Source of the DNA: Octopus vulgaris
Lineage: Eukaryota
Assembly (NCBI GenBank): GCA_951406725.2
Contig: OX597817.1
Span: forward strand, 56,482,001 to 56,546,000
Direction of reading: 5' to 3'
DNA: 64,000 nucleotides
The notes beneath the pieces were generated by a model, which searched no databases, was not told the origin of the DNA, and worked only from the letters and a program-made list of their open reading frames with translations. A program made the position numbers and the translations under genes. This document shows, in pieces, positions 40,270 through 55,632 of the stretch (position 1 is its first letter; each line of letters starts with the position of its first letter).

Positions 40270-40819
40270 CTGTGTCAGTGTGTATACGATGCTGTACTGT
40301 GTATATACATCTGTGTATAACAACTAATGTATGTCTCTATGAATTCATGCGTATGTGTGTGTGTATGAGTGTTTGTATACATGTTTATGTATGTATGTAT
40401 ATATGTATATATGTATACATGTGTGTATGTATGTATGTGAGTGAATGTAGGAGCCGCGGAAGTGTGTCTAGGCGTGCAGCCATGCCATTGGAGTGACATC
40501 ACGTGAGTTTGTCCGAGGACAGGGGTGGCAGTGGGGTGGGGGGTCGCGGGTGTCAAGAGGAGGATCAGATGTAATAGTGAGGAGGGAAGGGTCTGAGCGA
40601 AGAGGGAAGGACATTCCTGGCAGACAGGTGGCCGTTTTGGCCAAAAGAAGAATGGTACACTGCCTTGCGTCTGACTCATCTCTCCCCTCTCTCTCTTTCT
40701 CTTTCTCTTGCACGCTTCCTCCCGCTCTCTCTCCTTTTTCTTCTCAATCCTCTCTTTCTTTCTCAGTGTTAAAGACCCAATCACTCAATTTAGGGAATAT
40801 TCTTGTGCGCGCGTTTGTG

Positions 40820-40881
<62 letters not shown>

Positions 40882-42107
40882 TGTCTGTGTGTATACACAC
40901 GCATGTCTGTGTACATATACATATCTGAATGTCTATGTACATATGTATGTATGTATGTGTGTGTATATGTAGGCATCTAAGTATAAGCATTTGTACATAC
41001 AGTATTTGTATATTGGCTTAGAGAGGAAAGAAGAAGAAGAAGAAGAAGAATAGCAACAACAACAACAACAAAAGGAGGAGGAAGAATTAGAAGAAGAAGA
41101 AGAAGAAGGAGGAGGAGGAGGAGGAGGAGGAGGAGGAGGAGGAGAAGAAGAAGAAGAAGAAGGAGGAGGAGGAGAAGAAGAAGAAGAAGAAGAAGAAGAA
41201 GAAGAAGAAGAAGGAAGAGAAGAAGAAGAAGAAGAAGAAGAAGAAGAAGAAGAAGAAGAAGAAGAAGAAGAAGAAGAAGAAGAAGAAGAAAAGGAAGAAG
41301 ACAACACCAACAACACTTTACCACGTATAGACAGGACTCCCGAGAGAATGTAGTTGGACTCTACATATTAAGAAAATAAAGGTTCGTCATGGATGGATTT
41401 GTTTTTTATCCCGAATCTGCTTGATCAAGGCTGAACTGAACTTAAACAGCCACAACATAGAGAAAAGAACCTCTTGCAACAAACAGCAGGGATTTTCTAT
41501 AATACTACTACTTCTATAAAGCATCGAAGTGGCACTCCGTCGGTTACGACGACGAGGGTTCCAGTTGCTCCGATCAACGGAACAGCCGGCTCGTGAAATT
41601 AACGTGCAAGGGGCTGAGCACTCCACAGACACGTGTACCCTTAACGTAGTTCTCGGGGGAGATTCAGCGTGACAGAATGTGACAAGGCTGGCCCCTTTGA
41701 AATACAGGTACCAGAGAAACAGGAAGAAATAGTGAGAAAAACCTGGGATGAAAGAGTACAGCAGAGTTCGCCACAACCCTCTGTCGGAGCCACGTAGAGC
41801 CTTAAATGTTTTCGCTCAATAAACACTCTCGACGCCCACGACAGCGAGTCCGCTGCCCTAACCACTGGGCCATTGCGCCTCCACTCTATAAAGTATACGA
41901 CACGTTTATATATCGTAGTCCAAGATGCTTCAAAACAAAATACGAGGTGGTTACGATTGGATTGCTTGTCACCAGAACCTGCGTCAATTGACCTGTGTTT
42001 AAACCATTACAGAGCCACACCTAGAAATAATAACCATCACCAGCAACATAGAACTGACAAAGATCACCATCAACCCATCCCTATATTTAATTGCAATAGA
42101 GACTGTA

Positions 42108-42968
42108 CGTGGTCTGATCAATAAGTATCCGGACTGTTGCTGTAGTAATGAAGTTAAAGCACGAAGACTAGAGCCGCTCGGCAAAGATTGTCCTTCAACT
42201 CTGCTGTGTATGCACACTAAGTTTTAACGTTCTAGCTCACTTCCTCTATTTACAGCAGTGCTTGGAAGGAACGTGTGTAGCGTGTTATCGGCGCATTGAC
42301 CACGACAGAGAAAGTTGAGCAGAGAATTTGAATCAAATTTTACCAAAAGCTTGGCGATACCTGCTCATAGACCTTTATCAAAAAGTTTTCATCGTTCTCG
42401 ACTCAATCAAGATCTTGCGCAACTGAAACCCGAGTGTCTTCTTGGTCGGGTGAAAGCGCTTTTGGCACAGACTTGTCAGACACGCGTCTCATACCCAAAT
42501 CTTCAGTGATAATGGACTGAACTGAACCGTAATTAATATGCACGCATGGTAATTCGACGATTTCCCCTCACCGCTCTACGCACACCTGCGATGTTTTTCT
42601 CAGTTCTGCTGGTTACGGGTCTCCAAGAAGGTTCGTCAATATCGACATTTTTGTCCCTCTTGGAAACGTCTGAACTACTGATTCGCTTGGTGTGCATCTT
42701 ATACACCCCTCTCCATACTCTTTCTGCAACTTTGCGTAGGTATCGCAGGTATCGCCATAACAATTTCCTCTGTCATGGTCAATGCGACGATCACACGCTA
42801 CACACGTTCCTTCGTAGCACTGCTGTAAATAGCCGAGGTGAGCTAGAACATTAAAACTTACTGCGCATGCATAGCAGAGTTCAGGTCAATCTTTGCCAAG
42901 CCGCTTCACTCTGTGCTTTAGCTTGGTTCCTATGGCAACAGTCCGGATGCTTATTGATCAGACTTCTC
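42108..42968 (-). mobile_element. mariner-derived fold-back element built from two inverted 5' ends
   Basis: TIRs gtctgatcaataagtatccggactgttgc / gcaacagtccggatgcttattgatcagac; ~210-bp inverted arms; minus-strand DEPSWRPVTSRTEKN...RRITMR and YGSVQSIITEDLGMRRVSDKSVPK. Confidence 0.85.
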
Positions 42969-43950
42969 TAACAAACTTCTCTACTATTCGCAAAAAGCCT
43001 GGTATTTGGCTTTTATAGTGTTAATGTTTTTGGCATTGTTAATAATGGTGGCGTTAGTGGCGCTGCTGTTCCTAATGATTTTACAATAGTCTGGGACTCC
43101 GTCGAGAGTTTTAGCTGATCCGATCAACAGAACAGCGTGCTCAGGAAATTTACGCGCAAGTGGCTGAGCACTTCGCAGACTTGCGTGTAACTCTTAACGT
43201 ATTTGTCAGGGAGGTTCAGCGTGAAACGGAATGTAACAAGGCTGGTCCTTGTGAATTACAGGTACCACTTATATTTGCCAGCTGAGTGGATCGGAACAAC
43301 GTGAAATAAAGTGTCTTGCTCAAGGACACTACGCCTCCCACCACCTCTGGGAATCGAACTCACGACTTTACGATCAAGAGCTGAATATCCTAACCACTAA
43401 GCCAAGTGCCTGTACAGAAGTCGTATAAACACATCGACACACTTGCTAATTTCCTTCTTTTCTTCCTTTTCGTCTTTCTTTCTTTTTTCATTTTTTTTTT
43501 TTGTTTCATTCTTTAAATTATTCCACGTCAGCCATTTTTGTCTTCGGTCTTTTTTATAGTCATTTTCTGTCCACCGATCTTCGCTTCACAAGTACTACCA
43601 CCACCACCACAACCACCACAACCACCACTATCAGCAGCAGCATCACTACTGCCACACAACATCAACATCAACATCAACAACATCACCCATCGTCACCCAT
43701 CACCATAAGCAGGAGCAGAAGCAACAACAGCATCAACAACAACCACCACCATCATCATCATCAACATCAACATCATTATCGTCACCATCCCCATCAGCGT
43801 CATCGCCATCACCATTATCATTATTGTTTTCATCGATATCATCACCATCACCGCCACCATCATCATCATTATCAGCATCAGCATCAGCATCATCAACATC
43901 ATCCTCATTGTCACCATCACCATCACCATCACCATCATCATCACCATCAC

Positions 43951-43996
<46 letters not shown>

Positions 43997-44549
43997 GCCT
44001 TCATCGCCATCGCAGTGATCACCATCACCTTCATCATCAACAGCAACAGTACAACGACCACCACCACCACCATCATCATCATCATCTTAATCATCATCAT
44101 CATCATCATCGTCACCATCACCCTCATCATCAACAGCAGTGGCAGCAGCCCAACGACGACCACCACCGCCATCTTCACCACCAACATCATCTCGACCATT
44201 ATCAACGCCCCACCTCACCCCACTTTTGCCATCCACATCATTAATAAGCCGACATCATAAATCGCGTTGCCAATGTCGTTGCTGTCGTTGGTGCAGTTGT
44301 TAATTATTTCTTCTTCTTAATGTTGTTGTTGTTGTTCTTCTTCTTCTTCTTCTTCTTCTTCTTCTTCTCTATGTTAATAACCATTGGCGATGCAGCTACA
44401 GACTTTGACACTGCCGTCTCTTCTTCTTCTTCTTCGTCGGTGCTGCTCTCTCTGCTGCTGCTGTTGATGTCGCAGCCGACATCTCCATCGCCGTCCATCT
44501 TTTAAATTAACCCTGTAGTCGGTTCTCTTATCTAATCATCATTGTCATC

Positions 44550-44581
<32 letters not shown>

Positions 44582-44600
44582 TACCATCATCATCGTCATC

Positions 44601-44636
<36 letters not shown>

Positions 44637-44751
44637 GTTGTTGTTGTTGATGTTGTTATTATTGTTATTATTGTTGTTGTTGATGTTGTTGTTATTATTG
44701 TTATTATTGTTGTTATTATTATTATGATTGTTGTTGTTATTACCATTATTA

Positions 44752-44782
<31 letters not shown>

Positions 44783-44799
44783 CATCATCATCATCATCA

Positions 44800-44851
<52 letters not shown>

Positions 44852-44940
44852 CATCATCATCATCATCATCATTATTATTATTATTATTATCATCATCATC
44901 ATCATCACCATCATCATTATTATTATTAATATTAATATTA

Positions 44941-44987
<47 letters not shown>

Positions 44988-45837
44988 TTCATTCTTCTTC
45001 TCATTATTTTTATTGAGGTCGTTGTTGATGTTGACGATGATGATGCCAATAATTATGCTGATGATACTTCTCATGCTTCTTGCCTCTCTTTCCTTTTCCT
45101 CCCCTTCTTCTCCTCCTCTCCTTCTCCTCCTCTCTCCCCCACCCCACCCATCACCACACCCCCTCTTTCTTTCTGATCTTTCATCCATGTATTTGTGTCT
45201 TTTCTATTAATTATTCCACATCTTCCACACAATATTTACGCTTCTATTTTAGTCACAAGAACGTCCTCGTCAGCGGTTGCCCCCGCGGCAAGTGAAAAAT
45301 AACTATCACCATTAGCACCATCAACATCATCATTATCATCATCGTCGTCGTCATCATCACCATCATCAACATCATCACTGTACCTCTCGATTTTAATTGC
45401 TCCGTTTAATTTTGTGACAAGCGAATAGCAACCTGTTGTCAAAGATGTCTCAGGGTCTCTTTCCACGAAAACTTACCACCCGAGTACCAATCTCAAAATT
45501 CAAGCTGTCTCAAACAGAACAGTTTATTGGCTTTTGTAGCATGCTCTACCGTCATGTCAATTCCAATTTCTCAGACGTATTTCTCAAACTCATCTGTTAG
45601 TGATCCGAGTGCCCCAGCAACTACGGGGATGTCAGTTATTCTCTTCATTTCCATTTTTTTTTTGTAGCTCTTTGTCTCCTACGCGTGCCTCCCCAGGTAT
45701 GGCAATCTCTATAATCTTGACTTAATTCTTCCTTTTATCCACTACGGCAATGTCTGGCCTCCGAGCATCATCTCGTGATTCATATTGGATTGAAAAATCC
45801 CACAAGGTCTTATATTCGTTATTCTCAGTAACGCTTA

Positions 45838-46077
45838 AGGCGACGAGCTGGCAGAAACGTTAGCGCGCCGGACGAAATGCTTAGCGGTGTTTCGACTGCC
45901 GCTACGTTCTTTGCCTTTCATCCTTTCGGGGTCGATAAATTAAGTACCAGTTATGCACTGGGGTCGATGTAATCGACTTAATCCGTTTGTCTGTCCTTGT
46001 TTGTCCCCTCTGTGTTTAGCCCCTTGTGGGCAATAAAGAAATAGGTATTTTGTCTGTCTTTACATTCTAAGTTCAAA
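45838..46077 (+). mobile_element. SINE family B
   Basis: Matches 9035-9420 in the opposite orientation. Confidence 0.82.
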
Positions 46078-46079
46078 GA

Positions 46080-49000
46080 TACAATTTAATGTTAAACGAA
46101 CAACGGCTATGTTGCACGCAAAGGTTTGCAAATTCAGTAAATATTTTCTAGTACAACACAGGACTTCTGTCAAACTAAAAAAAGAGGTAAAGGAGAAAAA
46201 ACCCTTCAGTGCAAAAATTGATTCTAGCACACCAAAATCCTGCAATCACGAAAAATATCTGCCAACGAAATATAGGTTTTAAGCTAAAAAAAAAAATCTA
46301 ACAGGGCAAAGAAAGGATTTTCTGGCAGTATAAATGTCTGCGAACGACATAAATTCATGCTTATAAAATAATGGTCATTTAAACTAAAATCTCCTTTTAA
46401 ACAGCAAATTACTGCAAGCGCAACAAATGTTTTCTAAGAAAATTAAGGGTTCCGCAATGAGCAAATATCTGTTAACACAAAATTTTTGTATCGCAGCTAA
46501 GTGTTTTAAGCAGAAGGGTTCTTCTAATGCATCAAAGGTCTGCTACGAAAAGAAAATGTTAAAAGAGGAAAGATGTGAGACTGACAAAACATAAAATTTT
46601 AACATCACACGAAAGATCTACTAACAAAAGGAAGACCTTTCTACAAAATAAAGTTGCTAAATGTGCAAAGGTCTACAGACACGGCAAAGGTTTTGAGAAC
46701 CAAAAGCTTCACTATCACAACAAAGTTTGGATAAGGAATTAAATGCGTTTTGACAAAAATTCTTCTATCAAAGCAATGGTTTGATAACAAAATAGACGAG
46801 GAGTTAACAGATCAAAATCTGCGAAACTAACAAAGGTCTGCTTATAATCTAAATGTTTTTGAAAAATATATTTTACTAATGCATCAAAGGTCAGCCAAAA
46901 TGGAAAAGTGGTGCTCACAGAGCAAAAACTGCTGACACAACAAAGGTTAGGTAACAAAATTTTAAAAACTGTTAACAGAAAAAGAGGGGGAAATAGTGAA
47001 AGCATCTACTAACGTAATGAGCCTGTTAGAACACAACAATATCTTAACAATAAAAATGCTATTCACACGGAAAGTTTGTATAACACAGGAAAATTTTGCT
47101 TCCAAAAAGAAAGGTGAGGTTAAAAGAGCAAACGTTTGCAATAGACACAAATTTATGCTTGCAAAAGAAGGAATATTTAAAATAATTTTTTTGCTAAGAA
47201 AGAAAAGTTTTTGAACGTAAAATGCCTGATAACAAAAAGTTTTTCTAAAAAATAAATAGCTACTGAAAAATGTTTAACGAAAATGTTCTGCTAAAACAAC
47301 AATGGTCTGATAACCAAATGAAAGAACAAAAATTCATCTTGCACTGCAAAAGTTTGCTAACATAGATGTTTTAAAAACAAAAAGATCTCACACAAAATAC
47401 CTTCTAGAAAATGTAAGGAGGTGCTAATGTTGTAAAAGTCTGCCAAAGATACAAATACTTATAAAGAATCTCAACCAACACAAAATTTTGTGCTAATACA
47501 GCGAACCTCTGCTAACTCTTCAAGGGACTTCTGAAGAAATGGAGAAAGGGCTAACAGAACATAGATTATTTAACAGAAAACATTCGTTAAACACAGTAAA
47601 GGTCTGCTCAAAAAGAGAAAGGAGGGTCTAACGGAACAAAGGTCTGTGAAACTCACAAACTGACGTATAGTTCATTTATAAACATACAAGCGCAATAAAA
47701 GTCTTCTAGCACAATGGAATTCCTATCAGAGCAAATGTCTTTTACTGCTAAGACTTTTTCTAACGGAGTAAAGTTCTACTAAGTCAACAAAGGTGTGCTG
47801 AAAAAAAGGGTCTTATGAGTAAAAGGCTGACTAATAAAACACTCGTCTGCTTAGGAAACGACTGTATTTTAGCACACGAAGATTTGCTAATACATCAAAT
47901 TTCTACTAACAAAAGAAAAGAGGAACAACAGAGCAAATGTCTCACAGAGAAAAATTTTAATTTCAGCTAAAGAAATGAAAGACTTTTAAAACAAAAAATG
48001 CTGACAACACAACAAATGCCTTTTATTGCGTAAACTTCTACTGACACGCCAAAGATCAGTAACAAAGCAAGAGAGGTGATAACACAGCAGTCTGTCAAAA
48101 CATGAAGGTTTGTTAAGAATAGAAATATTTGTTGAAACAAATGTTGTTTAACCAAGGTATTCTGCTAACGCAACAAAGTTCTGATAATAAAAGAAGAGTA
48201 GTGCTTACAGAGCAAAGGACTCTTAACGCAATAAAGGATCACTGAAAAAGAGGAAGGTATTTTAAAAGGAAAAAAAGGACGCGGAAACAGAGAAAATATC
48301 TGCTAATGAAAAAATTATTGAAGCATAAAAAGTTACTGTGTCTCAGAACATTTGTACCTGATCAAGAAAGGTATGCAGAAAAGAGGATTCACTAAAAACC
48401 TACAAACAAAACGAACTCCTGGAAACAAAATAAATGTCTACTAAAAGATCCATTGACTCTTGACACGAAAATTCATTATGAAATAGTAAAGGTTTTCTGA
48501 CATAACAAAAGTCTGCTAAACAAATGCAATGTCTTTTAACACAAAAAGTTCTTCTGAGACAGAAAGTGACTATTGACTTCAAAAGTGAACTGACAACATC
48601 AAACGTAGTGCTGACAGTAAAAATTCTTTTCAATAGCATAATCATCTGCTACCTACGATTCAAATGTATTTTAACTGAAAAAAATGTGCTGACAGAACAA
48701 ATTTCTGCTGACAAAGAAAAGAAAGGCTAACAAAGCAAAGGTCTGTCAAAACAAAATGAATTTCAGCAAAAGAAACGAAGAATTTTAAAACAAGAATTTC
48801 TACTAACATAAGATGTCTTCTGAGGAAAACCTTTTGCTAACAGAGCAAAGGTCATCTAAGACAAAATAAGAGGCTAATAGAACAGTCTTCCACAAAACAC
48901 AAGATCTGCTAAGAAGGTTTCCTGACAAAACATGTCTTTTAGCAAAACGAATACTGCTAACGCATCTTTGGTTTTCTCAAAAAGTTCAGACAAAGTATTA

Positions 49001-50134
49001 CCAATACAAGAAACATTTGTTAACGAAGGCTCTCTGCAAAAAATAAAAAATATAGTGAGAAGAAAGAAGTCTACTAAAGAAGATAAAAGCTTTAAATATA
49101 CAGATTAATAACAGAGTAAAGTTCTGCGAACTCAACAAACGTAAGCTGAAACCACGTACGAAGTAATCAAAGTCAAATGGCTACTAACAAAGTTATCTGC
49201 TAAAAAATAATTGCCTTCCATTTGACCAAGCATCTCTTAACGGAAAAGCTTCTGCCAAATCAGGAATGGTCTTCTGTCACAACAACCCCCCACTTGGATA
49301 ACACAGATGGCCGATACAGCTTGGCACCAGTGATGTCGCAACTCATTTCTACAGCTGAGTGAACTGGAGCAACGTGAAATAAAGTGTCTTACTCAAGAAC
49401 ACAATACGCAGCCCGGTCTGGGATTCGAATTCACAACTTCACGATCGTAAGCTCGACGCTCTAACCACTGAGCCATGCACCTTCACTTTGGTGAAGAAGT
49501 CGTTTGCTCACAGGCAAACGACTGCTAACACCACAACTAAGTGGTAGCAAAAGAAAGATGTGTTAATTTTTTTTAAAAAGGGTGCAAAATAATCTGGTAA
49601 TATAAAGTTTTTCTAGCACAACAATGTTCTAGTCACTCAACAAAGGATATATTAACAATAAAAACGCCTAACTGACCAAACAGCTGCTAAGTAAGCAAAG
49701 GTCAACAAACAAGACAAATAATTTTAACACGAAAGTTCTGCTGAAACAGCAAATGTCTGCTGACAGAACTTAGGTCTACTAACCAACTTAAATCAATTTT
49801 AACACAAAATTTCTTTTGTTGTAAAGAATATCTACTACGTAAAGAAATAAGGTGCTCACAGCAAAAGTCTGCGAAATACGCAAATGTATGCGTAAATCCG
49901 CGGTCTTTTAGCACAAAATTTTCTACTACAATAATAAATCTCAGCAAACGCTATAAAAGCCTCCTACCGGATGCTAACAGAGCAGATGTTTTTCATCACA
50001 GAAAATTCTTCTCGCAATTTAAGAAAGATATGCTGAAAAAATTAAGGAGCGGCTCACAGAAAACGGGCTCAGCAACGATATAATGACACGCAGACAACAT
50101 AAATGTCTTCTAATGAATACACACACACACATAT

Positions 50135-50225
<91 letters not shown>

Positions 50226-51240
50226 TCAAATACAAATGTTCAATTAACAAAAGAAAAGAGGAGCTAACAGCGCAAATGTCTGCCAAAGAAAGCAAAAAGA
50301 AATCGAACAGTGCGAAAATCTAGTGACACAGCATATGTATTAAACAGAAAAATGTTCTTCTAACAAAGCAAAGGTCTGCTAAGAAAAGATGGAAAATGCT
50401 AACAGAAGAAATGCTTGCGAAAGACAGAAATATATCTTTCTATGGCAAATGTTTTCCCTGCAAATGTCAATAACAAAAGAAAACAGCGACTAACAGAGAT
50501 AAGTTCTACCTCCACAAAAAATGTATTTGCTAACAATACACATATTTGCTAACGTAACAAATTCTGCTAAGGCAATAAAATTCTGCTAAAGAAGGAGTTA
50601 GGTGTTCACAGAGAAATTAATTGATGCCACAACAAATGTTTCTTGTCAAAATCAAATTCTGTTAAAATGAAAATGAAGGTGAAACCAGAGAAAATATCTG
50701 CTGACAAAAGTAAGCACTGGAAACACAAAAAGTTCTTCTAACGTAGGAAACGTCTGCTAAAAGAACGGCAAAGGAGGAACTAAAAGAGTAAAGAACTGAA
50801 GAATACACAAATTCATGCCAACCTCACAACGTTAGTTTAACATATTTTCTGCGAGCATAGCGATGACTTGCTAAACACTACAAAGATTTTCTTATAAAAA
50901 CAAACGAAGCGCCAAAAAAAGGTCTTTTACACAAGAAGCTGTTCTGTCACAGCAAAGTTCTGCCAAAACGACGAAGCTTTTAAACGCAAAACTTTCAACT
51001 CAGATATGTGTTAACGCAGTAAATATCTTTTAAGGGATAATTTCGTTTAACGAAACCGTCTGCAACCAAAGGTAAACGTCTGTAAAAGACAAAAGGAAAA
51101 TATGCTTACAAACAACGGTCTTTTAAAAATAAAGGTCTTGTAACTGCATAAAAGAGGTGCTAACAGTGTTAAATGAAATGCTAACATATTTTAGAACAAA
51201 AAGTTAAAACATGATAATGGTCTGCCAGAAGAAAACGATA
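46080..51240. repeat. Highly decayed A-rich tandem array (~20-bp unit like AAAGGTCTGCTAACA(C/G)A(A/G)C)
   Basis: Recurrent aaaggtctgc / tgctaacag / ctactaac words over 5 kb with strong strand A-bias and frequent stops. Confidence 0.65.
49306..49480 (-). mobile_element. SINE family C 5' part inserted in the decayed array
   Basis: Reverse complement of 28772-28945. Confidence 0.85.
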
Positions 51241-51917
51241 TTACAAAAGAGTGGGATAGTATTGCTGTACATTATCGATTTTGTGATACAGTTAACATCT
51301 TGTCGACAATTTTCACGAAATCTGAAGTTGCATAATCGTTGTTGGTTGATAGTTTGCCTCTCTGTTTCATTCAACTTTGCAGAATATATAATTTCTGTTT
51401 CAACCTAAATTGTTAACAGCTAAATAACTGACCCTAACACAGCTCCCATTTAATAATATCTTACTATATTTTTGCTATTTAGTTAAGTTGTATGACTATG
51501 TCTAATATTGTGTTGTATCATGTTTTGCATCATGGTTCTTTACGTCTTGTACTAGGCGTTCCCAGTTTTCTTACTACATAATCTTAACATTTATGTGTCT
51601 ATCTATCAATCTATTTATCTATCTACTAATCTATCTATGTATCAATCTATCAATCTATCAATCAATCTATCAATCAATCAATCTATCAATCTATCAATCA
51701 ATCAATCTATCTATCTATCTATCAATCTATCAATCATTCTATCTACAAATCTATCAATCATTCTATCTATCAATCTATCTATCAATCTATCAATCTGTCT
51801 ATCTTTCAATCTATCAATCATTCTATCTATCAATCTACCTATGAATCTATCTACCAATCTATGAATCTATTTATCTATCTATCTGTCTAGGAGTCTATTT
51901 ATCTATCTGTCTATCTG

Positions 51918-51974
<57 letters not shown>

Positions 51975-53482
51975 ATATATATATATATATATCCATCGCT
52001 CTCTATCCATCTATCCATCCACCTAATTATCTATCTATCTCTATCCATCTATCTATATCTCTTTCTCTCTTTCTCTATCTATCTCTCTATCCATCTCTCT
52101 CACTCTCTCACTATCTATGTATCTATCTATCTACCTATATATCTATCTACACATACATATTTACAGTATTTTATTCTATTTTATTTTTATTTTATTTCAT
52201 TTATTTTATTTTATATCGGTTTTTGTTATCTTAATTATTTTAGTTTATTTGATATATTTTATTTCTCTCATGTCATTTTATTATTATTTTTTTTTTGGTT
52301 TCACTTTGAATATTTTGGTTTATTATATTTTATTATATTATATTATATTTTATTGAAATATTTGATTTTATTTGTCATTCATTTTATTTTATTTTATTTT
52401 ATTTCGTACGTATTTCTTTTCTTTTATTTATTTTGTATAATTTGATTGTATCTATTTTATTTATTCATTTATTTTATTCCATGTTATTTTATATTTTTAT
52501 ATTATTTTATTCAGTTCATTTCTATTTTATTTATTTTATTATACTTTATTTTTACCTTATTCTATCGTATTTTTATCTATTTTATTTTATACACATATGT
52601 GTCACATATTCTTAATAAAATATTGCGTTGTCAGATAAATTAGTTCGTGTTTGTCTACTTGGCGCTTCATCGTCCTATGTTTAACAAGAACTAAAATTTA
52701 TTCAAATTAATAAAATAAAACTATTAAAAAAGTATGTTTTAGAGGGAGAATAAAGTTACAGAAAACGGAAAAAATAACTTTAGGATAAAAGCATTTTTCG
52801 TGTTTAAATAACTTTGGAAAATATTAAAATGAAAAGCGAATGGTAAAAATTGACAATGGGAACAAACATGGGTTTCCGGTTTTGGCACAAGGTCAGTAAT
52901 TTCCGGATAGAGGGTAAGTAGATTATATCTACACCTGTACTCATCTGGTACTTATTTTAGCGACTTCGAAACGATCAAGTCACCTCGGTCGGAATTTGAA
53001 CTCAGAACGTCAAGACTGACGAAATGCTGCTAAGTATTTTGACGGCAGGATAATATATTCTGCCAGAAAACGGGGGGAAAAGATATTAAAGATGAATTCA
53101 TACGCAAGATTGAAGAAGACCTTATTGCGAATATTATTTGTATCAATTTGTAATAAATGTTATTCCTTTAACTTCTGACACGATTTCATGGCATCAGTAA
53201 CTCTTCCGTTCGTCCATTCTAAATTACTAAAAATTATTTGCTTTGCAACCAAATGGCTTCAAGATATCTATCACTGCGCGACACATTAGGCAAGTGTCTT
53301 CTCATATATTGGACCGATCAATGCTACCTTCTGCATGAATTTGGTAGAGGGAAACTGTGTGAAACCCCGTTGTGCATATGTGTGTGTGCGGTTGCGCGTG
53401 TATGTCTTTCAGTCTGTTTTTGTCCCCTCATCACCGCTTGGCATTGTTTCCGTCACAATAAGAGGCTCAGCAAAAAGAACGA

Positions 53483-53595
53483 TGGTCCTGGGTTCAGTCC
53501 CACTGCATGACACTGTGGACAAGTGTCTTCTATTATAGCCTCGAGCCGACCAAAGGCTTGTGAGTGGAACTGGAAGAAGTCCGTCTTATATGCAC

Positions 53596-53645
<50 letters not shown>

Positions 53646-53838
53646 CTGTGTTTGTCCCCCAACATCGCTTGACAAGAGATGCTGGTATGTTTACGTCCCT
53701 GTCACTTAGCGGTTCGGCAAAAGGGACTGATAGAATAAGAACTAGGCTTACAAAGAATAAGCTCTGGGGTCGATTTGCTCGACTAAAGGCAGCGTTCCAG
53801 TATAGCCACAGTCAAATGACTGAAACAAGTAAAAGAGT
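53483..53838 (+). mobile_element. SINE family A (preceded by an older diverged copy at ~53240-53470)
   Basis: B-box region through the tail. Confidence 0.8.
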
Positions 53839-55294
53839 AACAGAATAAACGATTACTGGCATCTATATACTCGATTAAAACGTTTCAACGGAAATGTAAA
53901 GTTTGTGGAAATCTTGTGGAATTTCGTTAGGTGAGATTTATTTTCCAACGATCTTCATGTTCATTGGTTTCAAAGTTGCATGGAAGCCATTGGAAAGATA
54001 AAACGCTTTATGTTACGGTTTGATATTCAGAAACACATCGCTTCCTTAACATGGCTAGGCTCCTGATTTTGTGGATTTTATTTGTTTAGATTCCACACAT
54101 TTATTTGTGCAGATATTGTTTTCTCATTCTTATATTTTGTAGCTTTTCATTAGCCAATGTTCACCCTCGTTCTCGCTATCAGCCATTTTCACTATATTTA
54201 CCCTTATTTTAACTGGGGACTGCGCTCTGTGTTGTGTCCTTTTAAGTACGGTATGTTCGTACTTTTTATTTGTCAATTCGGCGATAGATTAGTCTCTGTT
54301 GGACTATTTCGCTCTTATACCCGGTTTAATTTAACTTTAGCGACAGCGGCATTAAACACAACCACTCAATGGAATTGACAATTAATGTCTCTAAATGCCT
54401 TGTCTTGTTTTCTATTTATTCTTCCCATATCTCTAGATTGATTCTTTTTTTATATTTTGCTATCTTTTCAAGGGTCTGTCTCTGGCTCGTGTTCTGGTAG
54501 TTCGAAATTGGTGTTCTATAAATTTCCACATGGCCATGTGGTTATTGCTATTTCCACTACCGTTAATTCATCACATATTTGCAATTAACAAAGGTTTAAC
54601 TCAAGAACTTTATTCTGGTGTCTGCTAAATGACATTATTTCATTTCTTCTATTGAATGAGCACATTTGTCGCCTAATGGCTTTGTAATTTTCTGCAAGGC
54701 TTAAGGAAATTTCTCGAACTATTTATGGAAAGAATAGCAGTGCCAATTATTGTTCACTTTATATTTATATTCATATTTTCCATATATGGAAATACACGTG
54801 TATGTTATGTATGTGTCTGTATCTATATATATATATATATGTATGTCTGTATGTATATCCATATGTGTGTGTGCGTGTGTCCAGAGACACATGAATACAA
54901 GCATGCATGTTTGTAAGCGTGTGTGCGTACGTTGAATTGCATCTTTCAGCAATTCTTAATGTGCAGCATGTTGCGTATATGCATGTATGCTGTGCTGATT
55001 GTGCAAAAGGTCGATTGGTCTATGCATACAATTATGTATATGCCTGTATGTAGTGGTGTTATATCTATATTTACACGTGTATATTTACACTAAAGCTCGT
55101 GTGTCTATGCGTGATATGAAGCATGTGTATATACGAGGTTTTCTGTGTGTACCACACTATACGTGTGTATGTTTGTATGGTCGTACGTTTGTATGTCGTA
55201 CGTACGTATACATGTAGATATGTAGGTAGATGGTTCTGTAGACATTGAGTGTATCCGTTTCCAATATATTTCGTAGTATATGCAAGAGTGTGTG

Positions 55295-55330
<36 letters not shown>

Positions 55331-55551
55331 ACTACGGTTCAGATGGTGTGCGCATGTATGCATTTTTGCGTGCAAATACATATGTAAGGATGAATGTGCT
55401 TGCCAATGCAGGTGTGCTTGTGCAGATGATGATGATGATGATGATGAATGTATGTATGCATATAGTCGTGCTGGTAGTTGCGTAAGCAAGTACGTACGTA
55501 TGAATGTATGTATGTATGTATGTATTTATGTATGTAAATATGTATGTATGA

Positions 55552-55632
<81 letters not shown>

